64,000 nt of DNA, taken from a virus. Its lineage: Duplodnaviria > Caudoviricetes. The stretch lies in IMG/VR virus record IMGVR_UViG_2830247124_000001, positions 1-64,000 of that record; one strand, written 5' to 3'. A model generated the notes under the pieces. It searched no databases and was not told the origin of the DNA. It saw only the letters and a list, made by a program, of their open reading frames with translations. How positions within the stretch are numbered: the first letter of the stretch is position 1; every line of letters starts with the position of its first letter. Made by a program: the position numbers and the translations under genes. Of the stretch, positions 39,963 to 48,124 are shown piece after piece.

Positions 39963-39991
39963 AATGTAAGAACCCAACTCTGGAATTCCAA
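39963..39991 (-). promoter_or_regulatory. Early promoter variant
   Basis: TTGGAA-17 bp-TACATT; -35 overlaps the TGGAATTCCA palindrome. Confidence 0.6.
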
Positions 39992-40010
39992 ATCCTCTGG
40001 CCCCGCAGTG

Positions 40011-40253
40011 CTACGCGAGAGAGTCGAGCGTGTCCTCAAGCGTGCAGGTAAGCCGCAACGCGGCATCGCGGGTCCCCTGGTGGTCGGACTCCATCCGAGA
40101 CTCAAGGTACTCCATAGGAGTAAGGCTGGAAGGATCGTCGATGGCCTCCTTCGCCACGCGCTGGATCGTGCCTGCACGGGTGGTTCGCCTGCCGGATTCA
40201 GCGATCTTGTGACGGAAATACCGAAGTATTTTTTCTTGCTTGGATTCACTCAT
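40011..40253 (-). CDS. Small early protein
   Basis: Leader motif upstream. Confidence 0.6.
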   Translation of the reverse strand: MSESKQEKILRYFRHKIAESGRRTTRAGTIQRVAKEAIDDPSSLTPMEYLESRMESDHQGTRDAALRLTCTLEDTLDSLA

Positions 40254-40375
40254 GGCGTGATTGCAATTGCGTGATGAGAGCGATTGAATTCCCTACGGGG
40301 ACTTATTGGCTTGCCCCATCGGCCTCACCACGCGAATCAACGCGCAGTGAGACTCACAGAATTCTGTGAGTTAGC

Positions 40376-40654
40376 TTAGAAGTTAGCGGCATTGAACACC
40401 CAGTCCCCGAGCGATCCTTCGGGCGTGGACTGGGCAAGATGCTGATCGTAGCTGTCCCGAACCTCGTTCAGCCGGTCCCGAGACAGGCGGCCACACATGG
40501 CCATGCCGATGATCTTACGATCATCGTCTCGATCTTCGAGCAGGTTGGCAGTTACCCGAACGTAGCCGGGATTGTCCATGAGTTCGAGTTCCACGTCATA
40601 GACGTGGTCTACTGTCTTGGTACGGAGGTTCTGGAGTGCTGGAGAGATTTCCAT
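40376..40654 (-). CDS. Small early protein
   Basis: Between a promoter-like element and a repeat element. Confidence 0.6.
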   Translation of the reverse strand: MEISPALQNLRTKTVDHVYDVELELMDNPGYVRVTANLLEDRDDDRKIIGMAMCGRLSRDRLNEVRDSYDQHLAQSTPEGSLGDWVFNAANF

Positions 40655-40714
40655 ATCGCGGGATTGCTTCGTGTGAGTGTGAGTGAATCGCTGCCTTCTG
40701 GCAACGGATCAACC

Positions 40715-40743
40715 AAGGTAATGAGCCTAATGTTGGAATTCAA
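40715..40743 (-). promoter_or_regulatory. Early promoter variant
   Basis: TTGAAT-17 bp-TACCTT with a downstream leader similar to that of the 39963 and 41516 promoters. Confidence 0.5.
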
Positions 40744-40762
40744 GCCGGTCCGAAGGACCCGC

Positions 40763-41002
40763 CTACGCTACGTGCCCCTCCGTGGCCGTGATGTAGGGAT
40801 CATCACGGAAGTGATCGAGGAGGTCGGTCCGTGCCTGCGCAGAATGCCCGTTCGTGGCAATCTGCACCCCGTGAGTTGTCTCAGCTACGGGACACATGCC
40901 CGTGATCGACCGGGCGGCTGCACGGATCTGCTCGTTGACGAATTCATCGTTCGTATGAACGATGAGATGCTTGGGACCGTCGATCTCTACGAAAAACTTC
41001 AT
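40763..41002 (-). CDS. Small early protein
   Basis: From MKFFVE. Confidence 0.6.
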   Translation of the reverse strand: MKFFVEIDGPKHLIVHTNDEFVNEQIRAAARSITGMCPVAETTHGVQIATNGHSAQARTDLLDHFRDDPYITATEGHVA

Positions 41003-41111
41003 GGCGTGATGCAATTGGCGTGTGATGAGGTAGCGAGTGATGGGCACTGGCTGGCCCAGTCGATCCCACCACGCGATCCAACGCCCGGTGGGATTCAAAG
41101 AATTCTTTGAG

Positions 41112-41450
41112 TTAGATCACGAAGTGCTTCAGGAGTGCCCATGCAGCCTTCCGGTCTACGTCATCCCCGTGCAACACTGTCTTAGACAGTGTCACGAGCG
41201 GATGAATCCCCTCGGAGCGGAGTCCGTCCAGAGCGAATTTGGCTACGGAGATCATGGTCGCGGCGAACGTGGGATCGGTCACGGCGTGCTCGGTATCCTG
41301 GCCGCCCACGACCCTCTTGGAGAGCTTTTTCAGACGAATCTCGAAGAGGTCCTCGTGAAAGGTGGCGTTATCCACCGCGTCCGATTCGCTCATAGAGCGA
41401 ATGTTCTGAATTACTTCGTTTGCGGTGTCGTTCTTGTCGGAAGCTGTCAT
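41112..41450 (-). CDS. Small early protein
   Basis: From MTASDK. Confidence 0.6.
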   Translation of the reverse strand: MTASDKNDTANEVIQNIRSMSESDAVDNATFHEDLFEIRLKKLSKRVVGGQDTEHAVTDPTFAATMISVAKFALDGLRSEGIHPLVTLSKTVLHGDDVDRKAAWALLKHFVI

Positions 41451-41515
41451 AACGTGCGCGAATTGCTTCGTGTGAGGGAGTGAGAAGTCCGTCGGCCTCT
41501 GCCAACGGATCAACC

Positions 41516-41544
41516 AATGTATGACTCGGATGTTGGAATTCCAA
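41516..41544 (-). promoter_or_regulatory. Early promoter variant
   Basis: TTGGAA-17 bp-TACATT; TTGGAATTCCAA palindrome over -35. Confidence 0.6.
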
Positions 41545-42048
41545 ACGCTCTACCTGCGTAGCACTGCGGGCAAAGAGCGCGTCCCCAACTCGCCGGTGGA
41601 TGGGCGGAGGTCAATTTGAGAATCCCAATGGGAGGTCCATCCCCTACGGGGATGAGTTCGGTATTGGGGTCAATCCACGGGCGTGCGCGTGCGGATCGGC
41701 GTTGGAGCGGGTGGTTTTCGGTGGTTTCCCGTAGGGAGTTGGGTGAAAGGGGTTGTGGGTGGACCCGTAGGGCCGCAGATGGGCGCTGAGGAATATCCAT
41801 CGCTCTGGGGTGACTCTATAGAGTCAAATGAATCAAGGCTTGATTTACCTCTCGTGGGCCGATCTGGGCGCAACGCGAATCCGCCGTAGGCGGCGCTGAA
41901 TAGGCTTTTTTCCGGGGATGTATAAATCCCAGTTCAGCCAAAAAAAAACTCCCCACCACCCCTTTAGGGGTGATGAGGAGCGAGTTACCTCTCGTGATGC
42001 CCAAAAGCCCCACGGCGCGGTGCTTCGCGCCGTGGTGGGCGGGGCTGG

Positions 42049-42867
42049 CTAGACGAGATCGCCCAGGAGGTCCTTGACCTCCTCCCGCACAATCTCGCGG
42101 ATCCGCTCCTCGGTGACCGAGTCGCAGTCGCAGTCGGAGTCATCGACGTTGTCGATGCGTTCGTCGATCCGCTTGTCGATCAACTTCTGCATCATGGCTC
42201 CGACTTCTGCCGTGCCCGTGGACTCCGTGGCGTCTGCGGCGCTGTCAGCGTCGTCAGAATCGGAGTTCTCTGACGTGTCCGAGCCGGTGGACTCCGTGGC
42301 GTCCGTGTCGCTCATGTCAGCTTCGCAGTCGGCGTCATCGGCGGATCGCCAATCCCGTTCGGCGTAGTTTTCGTCATCCTCCTGGCACTCTACGGCGTCT
42401 TTCGCCTGGATAATGCGCAGGAAAGACTCCGTGTGAGAGTGGTAGACGCCGTCCTCAGCGTCGTCGTAGTCACTCTCGGCGGAAGACCCGCAAAACCCTG
42501 TGCGGATCATGTGCGCCGTTTGGCGCTTCTTCAGGTTCAACCCCCAGCTCTGGTTGTCCCGCACCGTGCGGAGCAACTCCGTGAGTTGCTTGGCCTTGAA
42601 CTGGTCCGTCAACTGGTCACGGCTCCAACTGGTCGGATCGAATTCCAGGGATCCTCGGTCCATGCGGTCAAGCACGGGCTGTAGCGCCGCATAATGCACG
42701 AGCGACAGTGCGGCTGCCTGCTCGCTACCGGAGTCGATCCCGTCGAGTGATTGAGTTACCTTGGCGATCTGGTGCTTGGAGTTCTGCGCGGCGTGGCGCG
42801 GGCCTTGGTCGCCGTGGGTCTTGGCTTTGATGGCTTCGTTGAGGTTGCTGATGGCTTGCGTGCTCAT
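42049..42867 (-). CDS. First gene of the early region; acidic linker and C-terminal coiled coil
   Basis: 272-aa ORF with DATESTG repeats; C-terminus IDERID..EERIREIVREEV. Confidence 0.7.
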   Translation of the reverse strand: MSTQAISNLNEAIKAKTHGDQGPRHAAQNSKHQIAKVTQSLDGIDSGSEQAAALSLVHYAALQPVLDRMDRGSLEFDPTSWSRDQLTDQFKAKQLTELLRTVRDNQSWGLNLKKRQTAHMIRTGFCGSSAESDYDDAEDGVYHSHTESFLRIIQAKDAVECQEDDENYAERDWRSADDADCEADMSDTDATESTGSDTSENSDSDDADSAADATESTGTAEVGAMMQKLIDKRIDERIDNVDDSDCDCDSVTEERIREIVREEVKDLLGDLV

Positions 42868-43569
42868 AAGCGCGGTTTCTTTCTGCGTGAGTAGCGAGTG
42901 AGTGATTCGCTGCGTCGTTGCAACGGATTCCCCAATAACGCCGATTCTGGATCCGATTGCAAGAATTCCAGAGAATCCTTTCGTGCAGGGTACCGCGCAT
43001 GAAAAGTTGCGCCCGTCCCTGATCCCACACGCTGTGTCCCAAAACTCGGGATCCAGATCGGGTTTCGGGACGATTGGTTTCGGGAACTGTTTTGGGACGG
43101 ATTTGCCCCCGTTTAGGCCCGGATTTGCCCCCGGATTTGCCCCGTCCCAGAATCGGACGTTTTCGGGAAGGGTCCAAGGCGCGGCTGAATTGCGGGTGCT
43201 GTGCGGGCTGTGTGCGGGTTTCGCGCACCCCTGGGGGTGGGGGGTCGTGCATTATGCGCCATCGCGCCCCCCTATCCGCGCTTGCGACGCGGTCGCGCAC
43301 GCTCGCTCACATATTATTATCTTCATGTGTGATGCTACGAACCTCAATTCTGAGAGGGTCAACCAAACCCCCGGTCACCAAACCACCCCACTCCCCAGAT
43401 AGGCTCCAACCAAACCACCCCACCCCGTTAGGGAACCTACCCAAGATACTGTCTCTCGCTCTCACACAATTATTTGAGAAAGGTCAATCCGCCAACGCTG
43501 GAACCCGTCTGTTGAATTCCAGTACCTGATAACTAACCAGACCCCATTCACTCAACACCCCCCTCTACT

Positions 43570-44148
43570 ATGAACCTATCGAAGCAAGAGCGACGAGACA
43601 ACGCCCAGCAGTTCCTCCAGGCATTCTCGAACCGAAGGGACTGGCTAGTCCTCGACACCGAGACCACCGGCCAAGACCCCGGCGAAGATGAAGTCGTAGA
43701 GATTGCGGTGCTCACTGCACGGGGTGAGGTCCTCGTTGACAAACTGGTCCGACCCAAGACCCAGATCGACGAAGCCGCATCGGAGGTCCACGGCATCTAC
43801 TGGGACGACGTCGAGCGCAAGCCCCATATCACCGGCATCCGGGAGCTTCCGTTCTTGCTTACCGGCCACCCAGTGCTGGTCTACAACAAAGACTTCGACA
43901 TGCCGATCATACGAAACTCGATCTTAAACGCCGGTGGAGAGCCGATGGCTCAGTTCTGGGACCCGAGGTGCGTCATGAAAGCCTACGCGATGGCCTGCGG
44001 AGACTGGAACGAGCAGTACGGCTCCTACTCCTGGGTGAGCCTGGAAGGGGCGTGCATAGACCAAGGGATCGAGATCGGTGAGGACATTGAGCTTCACCGG
44101 GCCCGAGGGGATGCAGAGCTTACCCGACGTCTTGTCCACTCGTTCTAA
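43570..44148 (+). CDS. DEDDh 3'-5' exonuclease (DnaQ-like)
   Basis: LDTETTG, VHGI, YNKDFD, HRARGDA. Confidence 0.9.
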   Translation: MNLSKQERRDNAQQFLQAFSNRRDWLVLDTETTGQDPGEDEVVEIAVLTARGEVLVDKLVRPKTQIDEAASEVHGIYWDDVERKPHITGIRELPFLLTGHPVLVYNKDFDMPIIRNSILNAGGEPMAQFWDPRCVMKAYAMACGDWNEQYGSYSWVSLEGACIDQGIEIGEDIELHRARGDAELTRRLVHSF

Positions 44149-44374
44149 AACTGACGGGGCCCACGCCCGCACAGATAGACGTTCGGCAGCAAGAGGCCCC
44201 AGGACACCTTATATAACAAACGGGCGCACGCGCTCTAATAAACGCTCTGGAGAGAGGCAAATGAAGTGCCCGTAAAGCAGAATGATAATCATTGGAACAT
44301 AACTGTAGAATTCAAGTTTGATAAGTATAGTCGCACGCAAGAAGCCCCACCGTGGTGGCCAATCATGACCGGTT

Positions 44375-44734
44375 GTGAGCCAAGCACAGACTCTTGACAG
44401 CTACGAGTGGGGAGACCCCAGGTGGAACGTCGAGGAGATCGTCGATGCCTGGGCCGTGCGGAAGCTCATCGATGAAGCCAAGGTGGACAACGACGACCTT
44501 GCTCTAATCGACGCCGGAATCAAGAGCGAAGCGGACCTTCCGCCAGAGTGCTTCAAGCGTCTCGTGCTTGCGGTGGCTGCGATTCCCGGCCATGACACTA
44601 AGGGGGTCCCGACCTCCGACAAAGTAAGTGCGGTCATCCGGGTGGACGTCGAGTACATTGCGCCCCTGGTAGACGAGAAGACAGGAGAGCCTCTGCCCAA
44701 CGAAGTCCTTCACTGCGATGTCTACTTAAATTAG
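44375..44734 (+). CDS. Hypothetical protein
   Basis: GTG-start acidic ORF. Confidence 0.55.
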   Translation: MSQAQTLDSYEWGDPRWNVEEIVDAWAVRKLIDEAKVDNDDLALIDAGIKSEADLPPECFKRLVLAVAAIPGHDTKGVPTSDKVSAVIRVDVEYIAPLVDEKTGEPLPNEVLHCDVYLN

Positions 44735-44746
44735 CCAACCCCAAAC

Positions 44747-45133
44747 ATGTCCGATACGCGCTCTTCTCCCGGAGGAAGATTCCTCGGCCTACTGCTCTTG
44801 CTGTTCATCGGCTTGAAGCTGACTGGACACATCGATTGGTCTTGGCTGTGGGTACTTGCTCCTCTATGGGGGCCAATCGCAACGGTGCTTCTAGTCGTAT
44901 TGTGCGGCGTGCTTTTCATAGCAGCGGCTGGAATTACAGACTGGCAATACCAACGCCACTATTGGGAGGCCAAAATTTACCGCTGGTGGCATGGAGAACC
45001 CCAAGATCCAGTCAGTTGGGCCCGGATAGAAAAACCAAATTACCACACGAAGATCACCCTGATTAAAGAGATCCGGGCAGAGTTCGACATGAAGATCAAA
45101 GAGGCCAAGTCTGTGGCCGACAAAGTTTGGTAG
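44747..45133 (+). CDS. Membrane protein with C-terminal L7/L12-like motif
   Basis: LFIGLKLTGHIDWSWLWVLAPLW TM motif; KITLIKEIR..IKEAK..AD. Confidence 0.6.
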   Translation: MSDTRSSPGGRFLGLLLLLFIGLKLTGHIDWSWLWVLAPLWGPIATVLLVVLCGVLFIAAAGITDWQYQRHYWEAKIYRWWHGEPQDPVSWARIEKPNYHTKITLIKEIRAEFDMKIKEAKSVADKVW

Positions 45134-45137
45134 AGAT

Positions 45138-45470
45138 ATGGCACGTACGTGGCGCGATATTCCGAATAGTCCGTACCGGCAGCACAAATTTTTGGGGCGG
45201 GCTGCGCTTCAAGAAAAAAAGCAGGCGGACTACACAAAAAAAGTGCGGGACAAGGATAACAAAGGAATGCACCGGTCCCCGCCCAAAGGGTGGCGAAATG
45301 ACCACCAGCGCCGGTTCCGGTCCAACGCAAACGACCAGCTTCGGAAAATCGAGCAGGCGTACTGGAAAAACCCGACCAAGTACATCGGGAAATCTGCTTT
45401 CTCAATTATGGGGATGGAGGTAGACGTCGTTCTTCCCCTTCCGAAGGAATACAAACCCTACTACTGGTAA
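45138..45470 (+). CDS. Basic hypothetical protein
   Basis: K/R-rich ORF ending YYW. Confidence 0.55.
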   Translation: MARTWRDIPNSPYRQHKFLGRAALQEKKQADYTKKVRDKDNKGMHRSPPKGWRNDHQRRFRSNANDQLRKIEQAYWKNPTKYIGKSAFSIMGMEVDVVLPLPKEYKPYYW

Positions 45471-45474
45471 ACCC

Positions 45475-45654
45475 ATGCAGAGAGACGTCACGCACAAAGG
45501 CACGTTTACGGTCGAGTCCACCAAAAAAGAGGGTGGGCACGAAGAGACCTACATCTACCACCGTGGCCGCCTGATACACAAGCGGTGGCGTCCGGAGAGC
45601 GGAAAGAGCTACAGCCGCACGTTCCCGAAGTACGGCTCCGGGTTCAATAGCTAA
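45475..45654 (+). CDS. Small hypothetical protein (59 aa)
   Basis: Manually translated MQRDVTHKGTFTV... Confidence 0.45.
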   Translation: MQRDVTHKGTFTVESTKKEGGHEETYIYHRGRLIHKRWRPESGKSYSRTFPKYGSGFNS

Positions 45655-45704
45655 CACGAAAGCTGGTTTGTGCTACACATCCAGCAAAATCTGTTACACA
45701 AGCA

Positions 45705-46505
45705 ATGAGCCTACCCAACGTCACTTCCCTTGCCAAGCGTCTCGGATTCGCGGCGGCCCTGATTCTTCTGGGGGCCCTCGCGTTTGCACTCGTCCCGATT
45801 ACGTGGTCTACGTTCGCCGGTGCCTTGTTTAAGGTATCGATTTGCGTGGCCCTGTGGATCGGGTTTGACGAGGTCTTCCTGGACGAGTTCAACACCGCTG
45901 AGGAACTCAAGGGGAGTCCTCTTGCGATTTCGATTACCCTCCTGGCCCTGTCAATCCTTCTGGCCCCGGCCATTGCCTCGGCCCAAAAAACGTGCCCCTC
46001 CCCGGATGGCACCCGGACAGAGCTACCCCAGACAGAGCTACACGAGGTGGCCGCCGAGCACGTCGGTGTTACAGAGACGCCCCCTGGTTCGAATAAGGGC
46101 CGGGAGGTTGAGATGTACATGGAGACTGTTGGGCTCGGCCAAGGGGGATACCCCTGGTGTGCCGGGTTCGTTCACTACGTCATGTTGGAGGCAGGCGTCG
46201 ATCCGCCGGTCCGCAGCGCAGGGGCGACAGACTACATTACCGAAGAGTCTATTTCTGCAAAGAAGGTCATCAGAGGAGAAGCCGAGGTACCAACCAATTC
46301 GCTTGCCGTGTACCGCCGGGGCAACTCCTGGAAAGGTCACATCGGCATTGTACGGGAGTGGGACGGGCACTGTGGGCGCACGGTCTCGGGAAACACCTCC
46401 TCTGGAAGCGGCAGCCAAAGAGAAGGAGACGGGGTTTACGAGAAAGCCCGGTGCGTCAACTATGGCAACTACTTCCGGATCGTGGAATTCACCCCCACCG
46501 AATAG
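45705..46505 (+). CDS. Membrane-anchored CHAP/NlpC-type peptidoglycan hydrolase (putative lysin)
   Basis: Three N-terminal TM segments; PWCAGFV, GHIGIV, TVSGNT. Confidence 0.8.
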   Translation: MSLPNVTSLAKRLGFAAALILLGALAFALVPITWSTFAGALFKVSICVALWIGFDEVFLDEFNTAEELKGSPLAISITLLALSILLAPAIASAQKTCPSPDGTRTELPQTELHEVAAEHVGVTETPPGSNKGREVEMYMETVGLGQGGYPWCAGFVHYVMLEAGVDPPVRSAGATDYITEESISAKKVIRGEAEVPTNSLAVYRRGNSWKGHIGIVREWDGHCGRTVSGNTSSGSGSQREGDGVYEKARCVNYGNYFRIVEFTPTE

Positions 46506-46568
46506 CTATGCTATCTCTCTCACATAATTATTTGAATCCGCCCTACGGGGCACACATGATACTTTCGC

Positions 46569-47180
46569 ATGAGAAACTTCAAAAACATCGAAAACGAAAA
46601 GCGCCGCCGGTACACCTACGACGTCGATGAGGTGTCCAAGCGTGTAGTGGTCATTCAGAACCCGACTGCGCTTCACGTCAAGGACTCGGGGGCCCACGTC
46701 ATTTTAGCTCAAGGGCCGTTTGGCAACTTTACCGAGAAGATAATTGAGCCGGGGTGGGAAAACCAGGACATCGTGTTCAAGGAGGACACCATTCAGGCGA
46801 AGGCCAAATACCCGTTTGAAGAGACCCGCAGCGTTGAAAAGGTTGACAGACTTGACAGAGTTGACGCGAGTGGCGGGGTTGGGCTTGGCGTTGTTGGTTC
46901 GGGTGCCGGGATTGGAAGCGTTGCTTCGGCTGCCGCAGACAAAACTGCGAGGGACGTGATGGACCAAGGGATGGACGAGGACACCTCCATCACCGAGCTT
47001 CCCTGCCTTGAGCACGAAGCGGATGAGGTACCCCCGGAAGACGTGTGCGGCTTCTACCCCTCTTGCGGGTGCAGCACCACCATCAAGAGTTGCTGCCAAG
47101 ACCACCCCGTGGAAAACGGCGGTGACGGCGGCGAAGGAGAGCCCCCGAATCCAGACTTTTCAGAGACCCCTCAGTTTTGA
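46569..47180 (+). CDS. Hypothetical protein with Cys-rich tail
   Basis: ORF downstream of the palindrome. Confidence 0.55.
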   Translation: MRNFKNIENEKRRRYTYDVDEVSKRVVVIQNPTALHVKDSGAHVILAQGPFGNFTEKIIEPGWENQDIVFKEDTIQAKAKYPFEETRSVEKVDRLDRVDASGGVGLGVVGSGAGIGSVASAAADKTARDVMDQGMDEDTSITELPCLEHEADEVPPEDVCGFYPSCGCSTTIKSCCQDHPVENGGDGGEGEPPNPDFSETPQF

Positions 47181-47617
47181 TGCAACGCTCCCTCCTCCCA
47201 TTTACCGGCACGACGGAGTACACCATTGTGGTGGCCGGGTCTCGGACAATTGAGGACCCGGAGGTTACGTACGCGGCCATCGAGCGGTCTGGGTATCCTA
47301 TCTCTGAGGTCGTTTCTGGAACCGCACATGGACCAGACACACACGGAGAAAACTGGGCGATAATGAACGACATCCCGGTAAAGAGAATGAGCGCTGACTG
47401 GGAGTCGAAAGGAAAGAAGGCCGGTATGCTTCGCAACAAGAAAATGGCCGCGTACGCAGACGGAGTTGTTGCGGTGTGGGACGGGGAAAGCGCAGGCACG
47501 AAACAGATGATCGATCACGCTCACGACCAGAAGATGCCGGTTTTCGTTTCTATCCTGGGCGGGGGTGACTACCAAAACCGGTACTACGATCTGTCACTGA
47601 ACAAAATTCCCACCTAA
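47177..47617 (+). CDS. SLOG-family (DUF2493/YspA-like) protein
   Basis: VAGSRT, VVSGTAHGPD, ADW..GKKAG.LRN..M, WDGESAGT..MI. Confidence 0.82.
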   Translation: MMQRSLLPFTGTTEYTIVVAGSRTIEDPEVTYAAIERSGYPISEVVSGTAHGPDTHGENWAIMNDIPVKRMSADWESKGKKAGMLRNKKMAAYADGVVAVWDGESAGTKQMIDHAHDQKMPVFVSILGGGDYQNRYYDLSLNKIPT

Positions 47618-47633
47618 CCCTGACTGTGCAATA

Positions 47634-48038
47634 ATGGAATTCCCACCCCCAAAAGTTGACGTGTACCGCAACCTCAAGACCGGCGGGTTTTCAATCCGGT
47701 CCCGAGACCCGGACCACTTCGATGGGGCCTATGGCCGTGTCGTCGCCCACTGCAAGCAAGCACTGGTCGGGGATGTAGAGTTTGTGGTACAGCAAGGGGC
47801 GAGGGAGCGTGCAGTTGAAGAGGGCCAGAGGAGCGTACATGCGTTCGTTCGCGGCGTCCTGATTGGCAGCGGAGAACTCCCCTCCCTGTCTGAAAAGCAG
47901 GTGCGCCACTGGAATGAGGTTACGTACAATCCGTTCGAGCAATCTGACTTTGTGATGGTGGGGTCCGAAGAGCCTGTCTTTACTGCTCCCCTGGCGCTTC
48001 TGGGGCAGGAGACGGCCTGGATTCCCGACAGTGTTTGA
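47634..48038 (+). CDS. Conserved phage protein
   Basis: VYRNL...GRVVAH...VHAFVRG...VTYNPF. Confidence 0.7.
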   Translation: MEFPPPKVDVYRNLKTGGFSIRSRDPDHFDGAYGRVVAHCKQALVGDVEFVVQQGARERAVEEGQRSVHAFVRGVLIGSGELPSLSEKQVRHWNEVTYNPFEQSDFVMVGSEEPVFTAPLALLGQETAWIPDSV

Positions 48039-48124
48039 ATTCAGGAAACATATTATACATACGCCAGTAAGAGTCTGTGTATCAAACCCCGATATTTTTC
48101 GGGGTGTTGATCTATATACCCCTA

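Larger units (their letters stand above)
28322..41095 (-). repeat. Dispersed family of 19 two-hairpin elements after stop codons (candidate structured RNA/ssDNA motif)
   Basis: Copies at approx. 28322-28380, 28630-28687, 29641-29690, 30780-30837, 31938-31991, 32614-32671, 32927-32984, 33287-33342, 33864-33921, 34209-34267, 35852-35907, 36229-36287, 36486-36541, 37177-37235, 38185-38243, 38984-39040, 39605-39658, 40297-40353, 41040-41095; conserved loop CAAGCCAAUAAG with covarying stems. Confidence 0.9.

Noticed and set aside
28322-41095. CRISPR array
   Set aside because: Repeats are degenerate and separated by whole genes of variable length; no cas genes seen.
27114-41095. Canonical integron (intI plus attC)
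   Set aside because: The recombinase is serine-type, and RYYYAAC/GTTRRRY core sites are not consistently present.
28322-41095. Known self-cleaving ribozymes (hammerhead, twister, twister-sister, pistol, hatchet, HDV-like)
   Set aside because: Only a superficial GCAAGC/AAGC similarity; the required cores and pseudoknots could not be found by eye. An Infernal search is needed to exclude them fully.
28322-41095. Intrinsic terminators or REP sequences as the explanation of the repeats
   Set aside because: No U-tracts; the GTAG linker occurs in only three copies and no RAYT gene was seen.
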